Shown: positions 26,315 through 38,170 of the stretch, in pieces
How positions within the stretch are numbered: the first letter of the stretch is position 1
How the letters are laid out: each line of letters starts with the position of its first letter
Assembly: GCF_058153355.1 (NCBI RefSeq)
Contig: NZ_CM177019.1
DNA: 64,000 bases
Reading direction: 5' to 3' (one strand)
Notes under the pieces: model-generated
What the model was told of the DNA's origin: nothing
The model's input: the letters and a program-made list of their open reading frames with translations, nothing else
Database searches by the model: none
Program-made: the position numbers and the translations under genes

Positions 26315-26346
26315 AAAGCCCGGTCACATTGGACTGACCGGGCTTA
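26315..26346. terminator. bidirectional terminator between wecH and yiaA
   Basis: Hairpin aaagcccggtcacattggactgaccgggctt. Confidence 0.5.
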
Positions 26347-26352
26347 TGTGAA

Positions 26353-26782
26353 TTATTCGCTGTATTCTTCCTGGGTAACCTGTGTTTCTTTTGGTGGGTT
26401 TATTCCGGCATCACGAATATTCTTCTGCACCGCTACTGCACCAAACAAGCTTAAGAAGAAAGCCAGTCCATAAAAACCTTTCTCGCTGAGTAATAACGTC
26501 GCATTCCACAGACCTACCATCAGTAACGCAACAGAGATAATAAAGACAGTCAGGCAGGTCATATAATAAATGGAGGTGGTCGGTATGCCTTCATACTTGT
26601 CCCGAACGGTCTTTTGATAAGATGCCGCAGAAAACAGTCCTAGCACCAGCACGGCAAAATAATATCCTTTTTCATTTAACTGCATCTCTGCATTCCATAG
26701 CCCTAACAGATAGGTAACGATACCACCAACAAGAGCTATCCATGACACAATACTAAATGCCGGAGAATAGGTTGATATTTTG
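26353..26782 (-). pseudogene. yiaA: yiaA inner membrane protein gene, 5' end severed by IS66-family insertion
   Basis: Encodes YiaA from residue 6 (KISTYSPAF...) to the C-terminus; codons 1-5 (ATG GAC AAC AAA ATA) lie on the other side of the IS at 29253-29267. Confidence 0.75.
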
Positions 26783-26857
26783 GTAAGCGTCTTATCAGGA
26801 CCGTCTGGCAAATTCCCGATGCTTTGGACAAAGTATCCACCACTAAATTAATAGTGG

Positions 26858-27286
26858 GTGATAAAAATGTCAGATATACAAAAAAATGCCTCTCCGGGAA
26901 GGCCTAAAGGGTGCCTGAATTATCCTCCTGAATTCAAACAACGACTCATAGAAGCATCATTCCAGCCAGGTGTTTCAATTTCCAGACTGGCCCTGGACAA
27001 TGGTATTAATGCCAATCTGTTGTTCAAATGGCGTCAGAAATGGCGGCAGGGGAAGATAAAATTGCCATCATCAGAATCAGGCAGAGAATCTCAGTTAATT
27101 CCTGTCACTATTGATGCCCAACTCCCAACTGCTCCGGCTAATGAGCCACTGACCGCAAGACCGTCAGTAACACCGGAAATACACAGCATCTCCTGTGAGA
27201 TTACGTTCAGAAACGGCACCCTTCGGTTGAACGGGGCAGTGAATGAAAATCTGCTGTCCTTGCTTATACAGGAGCTGAGACGGTGA
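26858..27286 (+). CDS. IS66-family accessory protein TnpA (orfA)
   Basis: 142 aa; small HTH-like first ORF of the IS66 operon; 4-bp overlap with orfB. Confidence 0.8.
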   Translation: MIKMSDIQKNASPGRPKGCLNYPPEFKQRLIEASFQPGVSISRLALDNGINANLLFKWRQKWRQGKIKLPSSESGRESQLIPVTIDAQLPTAPANEPLTARPSVTPEIHSISCEITFRNGTLRLNGAVNENLLSLLIQELRR

Positions 27287-27630
27287 TATCTCTCCCTGCA
27301 GGTTCGCGTATCTGGCTGGTTGCAGGTATCACCGATATGCGAAATGGCTTTAACGGCCTGGCCTCAAAAGTTCAGAACGTCCTGAAGGATGACCCGTTCT
27401 CCGGGCATCTGTTCATCTTCCGCGGACGCCGGGGTGACCAGATAAAAGTGTTGTGGGCTGACAGTGACGGACTGTGCCTCTTCACCAGACGCCTGGAGCG
27501 GGGCCGCTTCGTCTGGCCGGTCACCCGTGACGGCAAGGTGCACCTTACTCCGGCCCAGTTATCCATGCTTCTTGAGGGCATCGACTGGAAACACCCGAAA
27601 CGAACGGAACGCGCTGGCATCCGCATATAA
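27283..27630 (+). CDS. IS66-family accessory protein TnpB (orfB)
   Basis: 115 aa, MISLPAGSRIWLVAGITDMRNGFNGLA..., typical IS66 Orf2. Confidence 0.85.
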   Translation: MISLPAGSRIWLVAGITDMRNGFNGLASKVQNVLKDDPFSGHLFIFRGRRGDQIKVLWADSDGLCLFTRRLERGRFVWPVTRDGKVHLTPAQLSMLLEGIDWKHPKRTERAGIRI

Positions 27631-27649
27631 CCCGTTGTAAAGTGAGGAT

Positions 27650-29221
27650 ATGGACACCTCACTTGCTCATGAGAATGCCCGCCTGCGGGCACTGTTGCAG
27701 ACGCAACAGGACACCATCCGCCAGATGGCGAAATACAACCGCCTGCTCTCACAGCGGGTGGCGGCTTATGCTTCCGAAATCAACCGGCTGAAGGCGCTGG
27801 TTGCAAAACTGCAGCGCATGCAGTTCGGTAAAAGCTCAGAAAAACTTCGTGCAAAAACCGAACGGCAGATACAGGAAGCACAGGAGCGAATCAGCGCTCT
27901 TCAGGAAGAAATGGCGGAAACGCTGGGTGAGCAATATGACCCGGTACTGCCATCTCCCCTGCGCCAGTCTTCAGCCCGTAAACCGTTACCTGCCTCACTT
28001 CCCCGTGAAACCCGGGTCATCCGTCCGGAAGAGGAATGCTGCCCGGCCTGTGGTGGCGAACTCAGTTCTCTGGGATGTGATGTGTCAGAGCAACTGGAGC
28101 TTATCAGCAGCGCCTTTAAGGTTATCGAAACACAACGTCCGAAACTGGCCTGTTGCCGGTGCGACCATATCGTGCAGGCTCCGGTGCCTTCAAAACCCAT
28201 TGCACGCAGTTATGCCGGAGCGGGGCTTCTGGCCCATGTTGTCGCTGGAAAATATGCAGACCATCTGCCGTTATACCGCCAGTCAGAAATATACCGTCGT
28301 CAGGGCGTGGAGCTGAGCCGTGCCACACTGGGGCGCTGGACAGGTGCTGTTGCTGAACTGCTGGAACCGCTGTATGACATCCTGCGCCAGTATGTGCTGA
28401 TGCCCGGTAAAGTCCATGCCGATGATATCCCCGTTCCGGTCCAGGAGCCGGGCAGCGGTAAAACAAGGACTGCCCGGCTGTGGGTCTACGTTCGTGATGA
28501 CCGTAACGCCGGTTCGGAAATGCCTCCGGCGGTCTGGTTCGCGTACAGCCCGGACCGGAAAGGTATCCATCCACAGAATCATCTGGCCGGTTACAGCGGA
28601 GTGCTTCAGGCCGATGCTTACGGTGGTTACCGGGCGTTGTACGAATCCGGCAGAATAACGGAAGCCGCATGTATGGCTCATGCCCGGAGAAAAATCCACG
28701 ATGTGCATGCAAGAGTGCCCACCGACATCACCACGGAAGCCCTGCAGCGTATCGGTGAACTGTATGCCATCGAGGCAGAGGTCCGGGGCTGTTCAGCAGA
28801 ACAGCGTCTGGCGGCAAGAAAAGCCAGAGCCGCGCCACTGATGCAGTCACTGTATGACTGGATACAGCAACAGATGAAAACACTGTCGCGTCACTCGGAC
28901 ACGGCAAAAGCGTTCGCATACCTGCTGAAACAGTGGGATGCACTGAACGTGTACTGCAGTAATGGCTGGGTGGAAATCGACAACAACATCGCAGAGAACG
29001 CCTTACGGGGAGTGGCCGTAGGCCGGAAAAACTGGCTCTTCGCGGGTTCTGACAGCGGTGGTGAACATGCTGCGGTGTTGTACTCGCTGATCGGCACATG
29101 CCGTCTGAACAATGTGGAGCCAGAAAAGTGGCTGCGTTACGTCATTGAACATATCCAGGACTGGCCGGCAAACCGGGTACGCGATCTGTTGCCCTGGAAA
29201 GTTGATCTGAGCTCTCAGTAA
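27650..29221 (+). CDS. IS66-family transposase (orfC)
   Basis: 523 aa; N-terminal coiled coil/leucine zipper, CxxC zinc motifs (CCPACGG, CCRCDH), DDE domain. Confidence 0.88.
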   Translation: MDTSLAHENARLRALLQTQQDTIRQMAKYNRLLSQRVAAYASEINRLKALVAKLQRMQFGKSSEKLRAKTERQIQEAQERISALQEEMAETLGEQYDPVLPSPLRQSSARKPLPASLPRETRVIRPEEECCPACGGELSSLGCDVSEQLELISSAFKVIETQRPKLACCRCDHIVQAPVPSKPIARSYAGAGLLAHVVAGKYADHLPLYRQSEIYRRQGVELSRATLGRWTGAVAELLEPLYDILRQYVLMPGKVHADDIPVPVQEPGSGKTRTARLWVYVRDDRNAGSEMPPAVWFAYSPDRKGIHPQNHLAGYSGVLQADAYGGYRALYESGRITEAACMAHARRKIHDVHARVPTDITTEALQRIGELYAIEAEVRGCSAEQRLAARKARAAPLMQSLYDWIQQQMKTLSRHSDTAKAFAYLLKQWDALNVYCSNGWVEIDNNIAENALRGVAVGRKNWLFAGSDSGGEHAAVLYSLIGTCRLNNVEPEKWLRYVIEHIQDWPANRVRDLLPWKVDLSSQ

Positions 29222-29312
29222 ATATCAATACGGTTCTGGCGAGCCGCTTACATATTTTGTTGTCCATCACAGTATTCCTTTCATTCCTGAATGTGTAAGA
29301 GCTTTATGTTGC

Positions 29313-29654
29313 TCATGCCGGGCGAAACAAACGCATTTGACCAAACAAGCAGACAAAAAAGGCGATAGGGTAGATCACCATTTCATAAGCATTGATAGGT
29401 GCGTTTAAAACACCGATAAACAAGAGACCGATAGTGATTAACGCAACTAACTGGCAGATGTGAATAAAAAAATCATCCAGTTGCCCGAGTTTTTCTGCGC
29501 GAAGATATGCATAGTTGCTAAAAGTTGCCGTCATTAACACGCCAAGAAAATAGCCTTTTCCACTTAACAATGGGCATGAGATCCATAGCCCAAGCAGATA
29601 AACCAGCGCCCCGACAACAAATAATAGTTTTGCCACAGTCTTTGAGGTTTTCAT
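29313..29654 (-). CDS. yiaB: inner membrane protein YiaB (YiaA paralog)
   Basis: ORF 29313-29696; start MKTSKTVAKLLFVVG at internal ATG gives 113 aa. Confidence 0.8.
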   Translation of the reverse strand: MKTSKTVAKLLFVVGALVYLLGLWISCPLLSGKGYFLGVLMTATFSNYAYLRAEKLGQLDDFFIHICQLVALITIGLLFIGVLNAPINAYEMVIYPIAFFVCLFGQMRLFRPA

Positions 29655-29821
29655 AACGATCTCCATATCTACCAGCGATACATTACGAGTAACCAACGAA
29701 AGACAAAACTGAAAAATGCCATTAACAAATGATTTCAGAATAAATTCATACTAAATATTAATTAATTACTGATATATATAGATGTGAATTATCCCCCACC
29801 CGGTCAGGCAGGGGATAACGT

Positions 29822-31276
29822 TTACGCCATTAATGGCAGAAGTTGCTGATAGAGGCGACGGAACGTTTCACGTCGTGGCTGATAAGTGGCATAACGCTGC
29901 GCATCTGGTAAATGCGACTGTTCTAACGGCAGTTGTGGCAACAACTCAATGAGCGATTTCTCTGGATTCGCCACAATCTGCGCCAGCCTTGCTGCGCCCA
30001 GTGCTGGCCCCACATCCCCCCCCGTGCGGTAATCGAGTTGCTGACCGCTGATATCCGCCAGCATCTGACGCCAGTACTCACTACGCGCCCCGCCACCAAT
30101 CAACGTAACACTTTGCGGTTTAATGCCGCAGGCATGCACGACATCCATGCCATCTGCCAGCGCATAACCCACGCCTTCCAGCACTGCTCGCGCCAGTTCA
30201 TTGGGGCCATGTTGATGAGTCAAACCAAAGAAAACCCCCTTCGCCTGGGGATTATTGTGTGGTGTACGCTCGCCGGAAAGATAAGGCAGAAACCAAACTG
30301 GCTCGGCACTTTCATCAGCCTGTTGAGCAGCCGCGATTAAAGCTGGGACATTGTTCAGGCCCGTTAATTTCGCGGCCCAATCCAGACACGACGCTGCACT
30401 CAGCATCACAGACATTAAATGCCAACGCTGCGGGAGCGCATGGCAAAAGCTGTGTACGGCGCTTTCTGGCTTGCTTAAGAACCCTTCGCTGACAGCAAAA
30501 TAGACCCCCGACGTCCCCAGCGATAACATTGCCTGATTAGCATCAACCATTCCTACACCAACCGCACCAGCTGCATTATCACCACCGCCTGCGACAACTG
30601 GCACTGCCGCCATACCCCACGCTTTCGCAACTTCAGGTAGCAAAGCACCAGTAATTTCGCTGCCTTCGTATAATGCGGGCATCTGGTCACGAGATAAGTG
30701 GCAAGCCTGCAGCATGACGTCACTCCAGTCACGCTTTGCGACATCCAGCCACATGGTGCCAGCTGCGTCAGACATATCGCTGGCAAACTCCCCCGTCATA
30801 CGCAGACGCAAGTAATCTTTCGGTAATAATACTTTGTCGATTTGACGGAATATCTCCGGCTCATGCCGCTGAACCCATAGCAATTTAGGCGCAGTAAATC
30901 CGGGCATCATCAGGTTACCGGTAATCACCCGTGATTGCGGAACTCGCGCTTCCAGCAAAGTGCACTCTTGCGCACAGCGCCCGTCGTTCCACAAAATGGC
31001 AGGGCGTAATACCCGTTGCTGGGCATCCAGTAAGGTTGCACCGTGCATCTGGCCGGCAATACCCAATGCTTTAACGTCCTGCAGAGAATGCTGATCGCCC
31101 AGAGCTTTCATTGCGCGATCAGTTGCCTGCCACCACTGTTCCGGGTCTTGTTCCGACCAGAGTGGATGCGGGCGCGAAACGGTCAGCTTTTCCGTTTGCG
31201 AAGCAACCACCTCACCCTGCTCGTTGAGCAAAATAACTTTTACGCCCGAGGTGCCAAGATCTATCCCGATATACAT
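29822..31276 (-). CDS. xylB: xylulokinase
   Basis: 484 aa FGGY-family kinase, MYIGIDLGTSGVKV... Confidence 0.95.
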   Translation of the reverse strand: MYIGIDLGTSGVKVILLNEQGEVVASQTEKLTVSRPHPLWSEQDPEQWWQATDRAMKALGDQHSLQDVKALGIAGQMHGATLLDAQQRVLRPAILWNDGRCAQECTLLEARVPQSRVITGNLMMPGFTAPKLLWVQRHEPEIFRQIDKVLLPKDYLRLRMTGEFASDMSDAAGTMWLDVAKRDWSDVMLQACHLSRDQMPALYEGSEITGALLPEVAKAWGMAAVPVVAGGGDNAAGAVGVGMVDANQAMLSLGTSGVYFAVSEGFLSKPESAVHSFCHALPQRWHLMSVMLSAASCLDWAAKLTGLNNVPALIAAAQQADESAEPVWFLPYLSGERTPHNNPQAKGVFFGLTHQHGPNELARAVLEGVGYALADGMDVVHACGIKPQSVTLIGGGARSEYWRQMLADISGQQLDYRTGGDVGPALGAARLAQIVANPEKSLIELLPQLPLEQSHLPDAQRYATYQPRRETFRRLYQQLLPLMA

Positions 31277-31347
31277 ATCGATCGTTCCTTAAAAAAATGC
31301 CCGGTATCGCTACCGATAACCGGGCCAACGGACTGCACAGTTAGCCG

Positions 31348-32670
31348 TTATTTGTCGAACAGATAATGGTTTACCAGATTTTCCAGTTGCTCCTGGCGAC
31401 CACTCTGATGCACCGGAGACAAATTATGTTCCTGAGCATATTTGGCTAAATCTGCCAGTGACATTTGGCCTTTCAGGATTTGCTGGCCTAATTCGCTATT
31501 CCAGCCGGAATAACGCTGCGCGATGCGTTTATCCAGCTCGCCATCTTCAATCATGCGTGCTGCAATTTTCAGCGCCAACGCCATCGTATCCATCGCGCCG
31601 ATATGACCGTAAAACAGATCATATTTATCAGTACTTTGACGACGGACTTTGGCATCGAAGTTCAGACCGCCGGTGGTGAAACCGCCTGCTTTGAGAATTT
31701 CATACATCACCAGCGCATTCTCTTCCACACTGTTCGGGAACTGGTCGGTGTCCCAGCCCAGTTGTGCATCGCCACGGTTGGCGTCGACAGAACCGAACAG
31801 GCCAAGCGCAATGGCGGTGGCTATTTCATGATGGAAAGAGTGACCTGCCAGCGTCGCGTGGTTAGCTTCAATGTTCAGTTTAATCTCTTTTTCCAGACCA
31901 AACTGTTTCAGGAAGCCATACACCGTCGCGGCATCGTAATCATATTGATGTTTAGTCGGTTCTTGCGGTTTCGGTTCGATAAGCAACGTCCCCTGGAAAC
32001 CGATTTTATGTTTATGCTCAACCACCATTTGCATAAAGCGGCCCAGTTGTTCACGCTCCTGACGCAAGTCGGTATTTAACAGCGTTTCGTAACCTTCACG
32101 ACCGCCCCACAGGACATAGTTTTCACCGCCCAATTTATGGGTTGCTTCCATCGCTGTAACAACTTGAGTTGCCGCCCAACTAAAGACTTCTGGATCTGGG
32201 TTCGTCGCCGCACCCGCACCGTAGCGAGGGTTTGTAAAGCAGTTAGCGGTTCCCCACAGCAGCTTCACGCCGCTCTCTTCTTGCTTGCCTGCCAGGACAT
32301 CAACCATTTGCGCAAAATTATTGATGTACTCTTTTAACGACGCGCCCTCAGGGGAAACATCCACATCGTGGAAGCAATAAAATGGCACATGTAATTTGTG
32401 GAAAAACTCAAATGCGACATCTGCTTTACGCTTCGCCAACGACAGTGCCTCACCAGGCTGCTGCCACGGACGATTAAACGCCCCCACACCAAACATGTCC
32501 GCCCCGTTCCAGCAGAAGGTGTGCCAGTAGCAGGCGGCAAAACGCAAGTGCTCTTCCATACGCTTGCCCAACACCAGTTCGTCGGGATTGTAGTGACGGA
32601 ATGCTAACGGGTTAGTGGATTTTGAGCCTTCATAACGAACGCGATCGAGCTGGTCAAAATAGGCTTGCAT
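31348..32670 (-). CDS. xylA: xylose isomerase
   Basis: ORF 31348-32682; start [15 protein letters not shown] at internal ATG gives 440 aa. Confidence 0.95.
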   Translation of the reverse strand: MQAYFDQLDRVRYEGSKSTNPLAFRHYNPDELVLGKRMEEHLRFAACYWHTFCWNGADMFGVGAFNRPWQQPGEALSLAKRKADVAFEFFHKLHVPFYCFHDVDVSPEGASLKEYINNFAQMVDVLAGKQEESGVKLLWGTANCFTNPRYGAGAATNPDPEVFSWAATQVVTAMEATHKLGGENYVLWGGREGYETLLNTDLRQEREQLGRFMQMVVEHKHKIGFQGTLLIEPKPQEPTKHQYDYDAATVYGFLKQFGLEKEIKLNIEANHATLAGHSFHHEIATAIALGLFGSVDANRGDAQLGWDTDQFPNSVEENALVMYEILKAGGFTTGGLNFDAKVRRQSTDKYDLFYGHIGAMDTMALALKIAARMIEDGELDKRIAQRYSGWNSELGQQILKGQMSLADLAKYAQEHNLSPVHQSGRQEQLENLVNHYLFDK

Positions 32671-33035
32671 ATTGAACTCCATAATCAGGTAATGCCGCGG
32701 GTGATGGATGATGTCGTAATATTGGGCACTCCCTTTCAGTTGCTCAATTATGTTATTTCACACTGCTATTGAGATAATTCACAAGTGTGCGCTCGCTCGC
32801 AAAATAAAATGGAATGATGAAACTGGGTAATTCCTCGAAGAGAAAAATGCAATAAGTACAATTGCGCAACAAAAGTAAGATCTCTGTCATAAATCAAGAA
32901 ATAAACCAAAAATCGTAATCGAAAGATAAAAATCTGTAATTGTTTTCCCCTGTTTAGTTGCTAAAAATTGGTTACGTTTATCGCGGTGATTGTTACTTAT
33001 TAAAGCTGTCCTCTAACTACAGAAGGCCCTACACC
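32671..33035. promoter_or_regulatory. divergent xylAB / xylFGH promoter region (XylR and CRP control)
   Basis: 365-bp AT-rich divergent intergenic region; assignment by position and established xyl regulon architecture; sites not individually mapped. Confidence 0.5.
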
Positions 33036-34028
33036 ATGAAAATAAAGAACATTCTACTCACCCTTTGCACCTCACTTCTGCTTACCAACGTTGCGGCGCA
33101 CGCCAAAGAAGTCAAAATAGGTATGGCGATTGATGATCTCCGTCTTGAACGCTGGCAAAAAGATCGAGATATCTTTGTGAAAAAGGCAGAATCTCTCGGC
33201 GCGAAAGTATTTGTACAGTCTGCAAATGGCAATGAAGAAACACAAATGTCGCAGATTGAAAACATGATTAACCGGGGTGTCGATGTTCTTGTCATTATTC
33301 CGTATAACGGTCAGGTATTAAGTAACGTTGTAAAAGAAGCCAAACAAGAAGGTATTAAAGTATTAGCTTACGACCGTATGATTAACGATGCGGATATCGA
33401 TTTTTATATTTCTTTCGATAATGAAAAAGTCGGTGAACTGCAGGCAAAAGCCCTGGTCGATATTGTTCCGCAAGGTAATTACTTCCTGATGGGCGGTTCG
33501 CCGGTAGATAACAACGCTAAGCTGTTCCGCGCCGGACAAATGAAAGTGTTAAAACCTTACGTTGATTCCGGAAAAATTAAAGTCGTTGGTGACCAATGGG
33601 TTGATGGCTGGTTACCGGAAAACGCACTGAAAATTATGGAAAACGCGCTGACCGCCAATAATAACAAAATTGATGCCGTGGTTGCCTCAAACGATGCCAC
33701 CGCCGGCGGGGCAATTCAGGCATTAAGCGCGCAAGGTTTATCAGGGAAAGTAGCAATATCCGGCCAGGATGCGGATCTCGCAGGTATTAAACGTATTGCT
33801 GCCGGTACGCAAACTATGACGGTGTATAAACCTATTACATTGTTGGCAAATACTGCCGCAGAAATTGCCGTTGAGTTGGGCAATGGTCAGGAACCAAAAG
33901 CAGATACCACACTGAATAATGGTCTGAAAGATGTTCCCTCCCGCCTGCTGACACCGATCGATGTGAATAAAAACAACATCAAAGATACGGTAGTTAAAGA
34001 CGGATTCCACAAAGAGAGCGAGCTGTAA
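33036..34028 (+). CDS. xylF: D-xylose ABC transporter periplasmic binding protein
   Basis: ORF 32958-34028; start MKIKNILLTLCTSLLLTNVAAHA (signal peptide) at ATG 33036 gives 330 aa. Confidence 0.93.
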   Translation: MKIKNILLTLCTSLLLTNVAAHAKEVKIGMAIDDLRLERWQKDRDIFVKKAESLGAKVFVQSANGNEETQMSQIENMINRGVDVLVIIPYNGQVLSNVVKEAKQEGIKVLAYDRMINDADIDFYISFDNEKVGELQAKALVDIVPQGNYFLMGGSPVDNNAKLFRAGQMKVLKPYVDSGKIKVVGDQWVDGWLPENALKIMENALTANNNKIDAVVASNDATAGGAIQALSAQGLSGKVAISGQDADLAGIKRIAAGTQTMTVYKPITLLANTAAEIAVELGNGQEPKADTTLNNGLKDVPSRLLTPIDVNKNNIKDTVVKDGFHKESEL

Positions 34029-34105
34029 GCGTTACGCCCCGGCACAGAGCGGGGGCGTGATTTCTCTCCATGCCGTGTAAATTAATTGGCTTAGGTGGAG
34101 TCGTT

Positions 34106-35647
34106 ATGCCTTATCTACTTGAAATGAAGAACATTACCAAAACCTTCGGCAGTGTGAAGGCAATTGATAACGTTAGCTTGCGGTTGAATGCCGGCGAAAT
34201 CGTCTCACTCTGCGGGGAAAATGGGTCTGGTAAATCAACGCTGATGAAAGTGCTGTGTGGTATTTATCCCCATGGCTCCTACGAAGGCGAAATTATTTTT
34301 GCGGGAGAAGAGATTCAGGCGAGTCACATCCGCGATACCGAACGCAAAGGTATCGCCATCATTCACCAGGAATTGGCCCTGGTGAAAGAATTGACCGTGC
34401 TGGAAAATATCTTCCTGGGTAACGAAATAACCCATAATGGCATTATGGATTATGATCTGATGACGCTACGCTGTCAGAAGCTGCTCGCACAGGTCAGTTT
34501 ATCCATTTCACCAGATACCCGCGTTGGCGATTTAGGGCTTGGGCAACAACAACTGGTTGAAATTGCCAAGGCACTTAATAAACAGGTGCGTTTGTTAATT
34601 CTCGATGAGCCGACAGCCTCATTAACTGAGCAGGAAACGTCGGTTTTACTGGATATTATTCGCGATCTACAACAGCACGGTATCGCCTGTATTTATATTT
34701 CGCACAAACTCAACGAAGTCAAAGCGATTTCCGATACGATTTGCGTTATTCGCGACGGTCAGCACATTGGTACGCGTGATGCTGCCGGAATGAGTGAAGA
34801 CGATATTATCACCATGATGGTCGGGCGAGAGTTAACCGCGCTTTACCCTAATGAACCACATACCACCGGAGATGAAATATTACGTATTGAACATCTGACG
34901 GCATGGCATCCGGTTAATCGTCATATTAAACGAGTTAATGATGTCTCGTTTTCCCTGAAACGTGGCGAAATACTGGGTATTGCCGGACTCGTTGGTGCCG
35001 GACGTACCGAGACCATTCAGTGCCTGTTTGGCGTGTGGCCCGGACAATGGGAAGGAAAAATTTATATTGATGGCAAACAGGTAGATATTCGTAACTGTCA
35101 GCAAGCCATCGCCCAGGGGATTGCGATGGTACCCGAAGACAGAAAGCGCGACGGCATCGTTCCGGTAATGGCGGTTGGTAAAAATATTACCCTCGCCGCA
35201 CTCAATAAATTTACCGGCGGTATTAGCCAGCTTGATGACGCGGCAGAGCAAAAATGTATTCTGGAATCAATCCAGCAACTCAAAGTTAAAACGTCGTCCC
35301 CCGACCTTGCTATTGGACGTTTGAGCGGCGGCAATCAGCAAAAAGCGATCCTCGCTCGCTGTCTGTTACTCAACCCGCGCATTCTCATTCTTGATGAACC
35401 TACCAGGGGTATCGATATTGGCGCGAAATACGAGATCTACAAATTAATTAACCAACTCGTCCAGCAGGGTATTGCCGTTATTGTCATCTCTTCCGAATTA
35501 CCTGAAGTGCTCGGCCTTAGCGATCGTGTACTGGTGATGCATGAAGGGAAACTAAAAGCCAACCTGATAAATCATAACCTGACTCAGGAGCAGGTGATGG
35601 AAGCCGCATTGAGGAGCGAACATCATGTCGAAAAGCAATCCGTCTGA
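34106..35647 (+). CDS. xylG: D-xylose ABC transporter ATP-binding protein
   Basis: ORF 34070-35647; start [12 protein letters not shown] at ATG 34106 gives 513 aa; duplicated ABC domains. Confidence 0.93.
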
Positions 35648-36806
35648 AGTGAAATTGGCCGTACCGACATCCGGTGGCTTTTCCGGGCTGAAGTCACTGA
35701 ATTTGCAGGTCTTCGTGATGATTGCAGCTATCATCGCAATCATGCTGTTCTTTACCTGGACCACCGATGGTGCCTACTTAAGCGCCCGTAACGTCTCCAA
35801 CCTGTTACGCCAGACCGCGATTACCGGCATCCTCGCGGTAGGAATGGTGTTCGTCATAATTTCTGCTGAAATCGACCTTTCCGTCGGCTCAATGATGGGG
35901 CTATTAGGTGGCGTCGCGGCGATTTGTGACGTCTGGCTAGGCTGGCCTTTGCCACTTACCATCATTGTGACGTTGGTTCTGGGACTGCTTCTCGGTGCCT
36001 GGAACGGATGGTGGGTTGCATACCGCAAAGTCCCTTCATTTATTGTCACCCTCGCGGGCATGTTGGCATTTCGCGGCATACTCATTGGCATCACCAACGG
36101 CACGACTGTATCCCCCACCAGCGCCGCGATGTCACAAATCGGGCAAAGCTATCTACCCGCCAGCACCGGCTTCATCATTGGCGCGCTTGGCTTAATGGCT
36201 TTTGTTGGCTGGCAATGGCGCGGAAGAATGCGCCGTCAGGCTTTGGGTTTGCAGTCTCCGGCCTCTACCGCAGTTGTCGGTCGCCAGGCATTAACGGCGA
36301 TTATCGTCTTAGGCGCAATCTGGCTGTTGAACGATTACCGTGGCGTTCCCACTCCTGTTCTGCTGCTGACGTTGCTGTTACTCGGCGGAATGTTTATGGC
36401 AACGCGGACGGCATTTGGAAGACGCATTTATGCCATCGGCGGCAATCTGGAAGCAGCACGGCTCTCCGGGATTAACGTTGAACGCACCAAACTTGCCGTG
36501 TTCGCTATTAACGGATTAATGGTAGCCATCGCCGGATTAATCCTCAGTTCTCGACTTGGCGCAGGTTCACCTTCTGCGGGAAATATCGCCGAACTGGACG
36601 CAATTGCCGCATGTGTGATTGGCGGCACCAGTCTGGCAGGCGGAGTCGGGAGCGTGGCCGGAGCAGTAATGGGGGCATTCATCATGGCTTCACTGGATAA
36701 CGGCATGAGTATGATGGATGTACCGACCTTCTGGCAGTATATCGTTAAAGGTGCGATTCTGTTGCTGGCAGTATGGATGGACTCCGCAACCAAACGCCGT
36801 TCTTGA
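35625..36806 (+). CDS. xylH: D-xylose ABC transporter permease
   Basis: 393 aa multi-TM permease overlapping xylG stop. Confidence 0.93.
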
Positions 36807-36825
36807 TTTTGATAAAAATTTTCTC

Positions 36826-36859
36826 AAAACCGGTAACGTATTACCGGTTTTGAGTTTTT
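36826..36859 (+). terminator. xylFGH intrinsic terminator
   Basis: Hairpin aaaaccggtaacgtattaccggtttt followed by gagttttt. Confidence 0.6.
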
Positions 36860-36883
36860 GCATGATTCAGCAGGAAAAGAACC

Positions 36884-38062
36884 ATGTTTACTAAACGTCA
36901 CCGCATCACATTGCTGTTCAATGCTAATAAAGCCTATGACCGTCAGGTAGTAGAAGGCGTAGGGGAATATTTACAGGCGTCACAATCGGAATGGGATATT
37001 TTCATTGAAGAAGATTTCCGCGCCCGCATTGATAAAATCAAGGACTGGTTAGGAGATGGCGTCATTGCCGACTTCGATGACAAACAAATCGAGCAAGCAC
37101 TGGCTAACGTCGACGTCCCCATTGTTGGGGTTGGTGGTTCGTATCACCTTGCCGAAAGTTACCCACCCGTTCATTACATTGCCACCGATAACTATGCACT
37201 GGTTGAAAGCGCATTTTTGCATTTAAAAGAGAAAGGCGTTAACCGCTTTGCTTTTTATGGTCTTCCGGAATCCAGCGGCAAACGTTGGGCCACTGAACGC
37301 GAATATGCATTCCGTCAGCTTGTCGCCGAAGAAAAGTATCGCGGAGTGGTTTATCAGGGGTTAGAAACAGCGCCAGAGAACTGGCAACACGCGCAAAATC
37401 GGCTGGCAGACTGGCTACAAACGCTGCCGCCGCAAACCGGGATCATTGCCGTTACTGACGCCCGGGCGCGGCACATTCTGCAAGTATGCGAACATCTGCA
37501 TATTCCTGTGCCGGAAAAATTATGTGTGATTGGCATCGATAACGAAGAACTTACCCGCTATCTGTCGCGTGTCGCTCTTTCTTCGGTCGCTCAGGGCGCG
37601 CGGCAAATGGGATATCAGGCGGCAAAACTGTTGCATCGATTATTAGATAAAGAAGAAATGCCGCTACAGCGGATTTTGGTCCCACCAGTTCGCGTCATTG
37701 AACGGCGCTCAACAGATTACCGTTCGCTGACCGATCCCGCCGTTATTCAGGCCATGCATTACATTCGTAATCACGCCTGTAAAGGGATTAAAGTGGATCA
37801 GGTACTCGATGCCGTCGGGATCTCTCGCTCCAATCTTGAGAAGCGTTTTAAAGAAGAGGTGGGTGAAACCATCCATGCCATGATTCATGCCGAGAAGCTG
37901 GAAAAAGCGCGCAGTCTGCTGATTTCAACCACCTTATCGATCAATGAGATATCGCAAATGTGCGGTTATCCATCGCTGCAATATTTCTACTCTGTTTTTA
38001 AAAAAGCATATGACACGACGCCAAAAGAGTATCGCGATGTAAATAGCGAGGTCATGTTGTAG
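36884..38062 (+). CDS. xylR: xylose operon AraC-family transcriptional activator
   Basis: 392 aa; periplasmic-binding-like sensor domain plus C-terminal AraC HTH. Confidence 0.93.
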   Translation: MFTKRHRITLLFNANKAYDRQVVEGVGEYLQASQSEWDIFIEEDFRARIDKIKDWLGDGVIADFDDKQIEQALANVDVPIVGVGGSYHLAESYPPVHYIATDNYALVESAFLHLKEKGVNRFAFYGLPESSGKRWATEREYAFRQLVAEEKYRGVVYQGLETAPENWQHAQNRLADWLQTLPPQTGIIAVTDARARHILQVCEHLHIPVPEKLCVIGIDNEELTRYLSRVALSSVAQGARQMGYQAAKLLHRLLDKEEMPLQRILVPPVRVIERRSTDYRSLTDPAVIQAMHYIRNHACKGIKVDQVLDAVGISRSNLEKRFKEEVGETIHAMIHAEKLEKARSLLISTTLSINEISQMCGYPSLQYFYSVFKKAYDTTPKEYRDVNSEVML

Positions 38063-38077
38063 CGATGATGAGAATTG

Positions 38078-38160
38078 TCGGCGTCGCATCAGGCAACGCT
38101 GCGTGGTTGTCGCATGCGACGTGAACGCCTTATCCGACCAACAAGTCGGATAAGGCTTCA
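38078..38160. repeat. REP elements between xylR and bax
   Basis: Palindromic units gcgtcgcatcaggcaacgctgcg... / gcgacgtgaacgccttatccgacc. Confidence 0.6.
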
Positions 38161-38170
38161 GGGAATACAA

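Larger units (their letters stand above)
26783..29251 (+). mobile_element. IS66-family insertion sequence (ISEc8/ISEc23-like), 2469 bp
   Basis: Three-ORF IS66 architecture; imperfect terminal inverted repeats GTAAGCG... at both ends; 8-bp direct target duplication ATATTTTG at 26775-26782 and 29252-29259. Confidence 0.85.

Noticed and set aside
27283-27630. IS66 orfB product named TnpB - possible RNA-guided nuclease?
   Set aside because: IS66-family TnpB (115 aa) is unrelated to the IS200/IS605 TnpB RuvC-like nuclease despite the shared name; no RuvC motifs and far too short.
27801-29112. Numerous overlapping ORFs on both strands inside the IS66 transposase gene
   Set aside because: All are nested in the 523-aa orfC, which has a clear IS66 transposase signature; low-complexity Arg/Pro/Ser-rich translations typical of out-of-frame GC-rich sequence.
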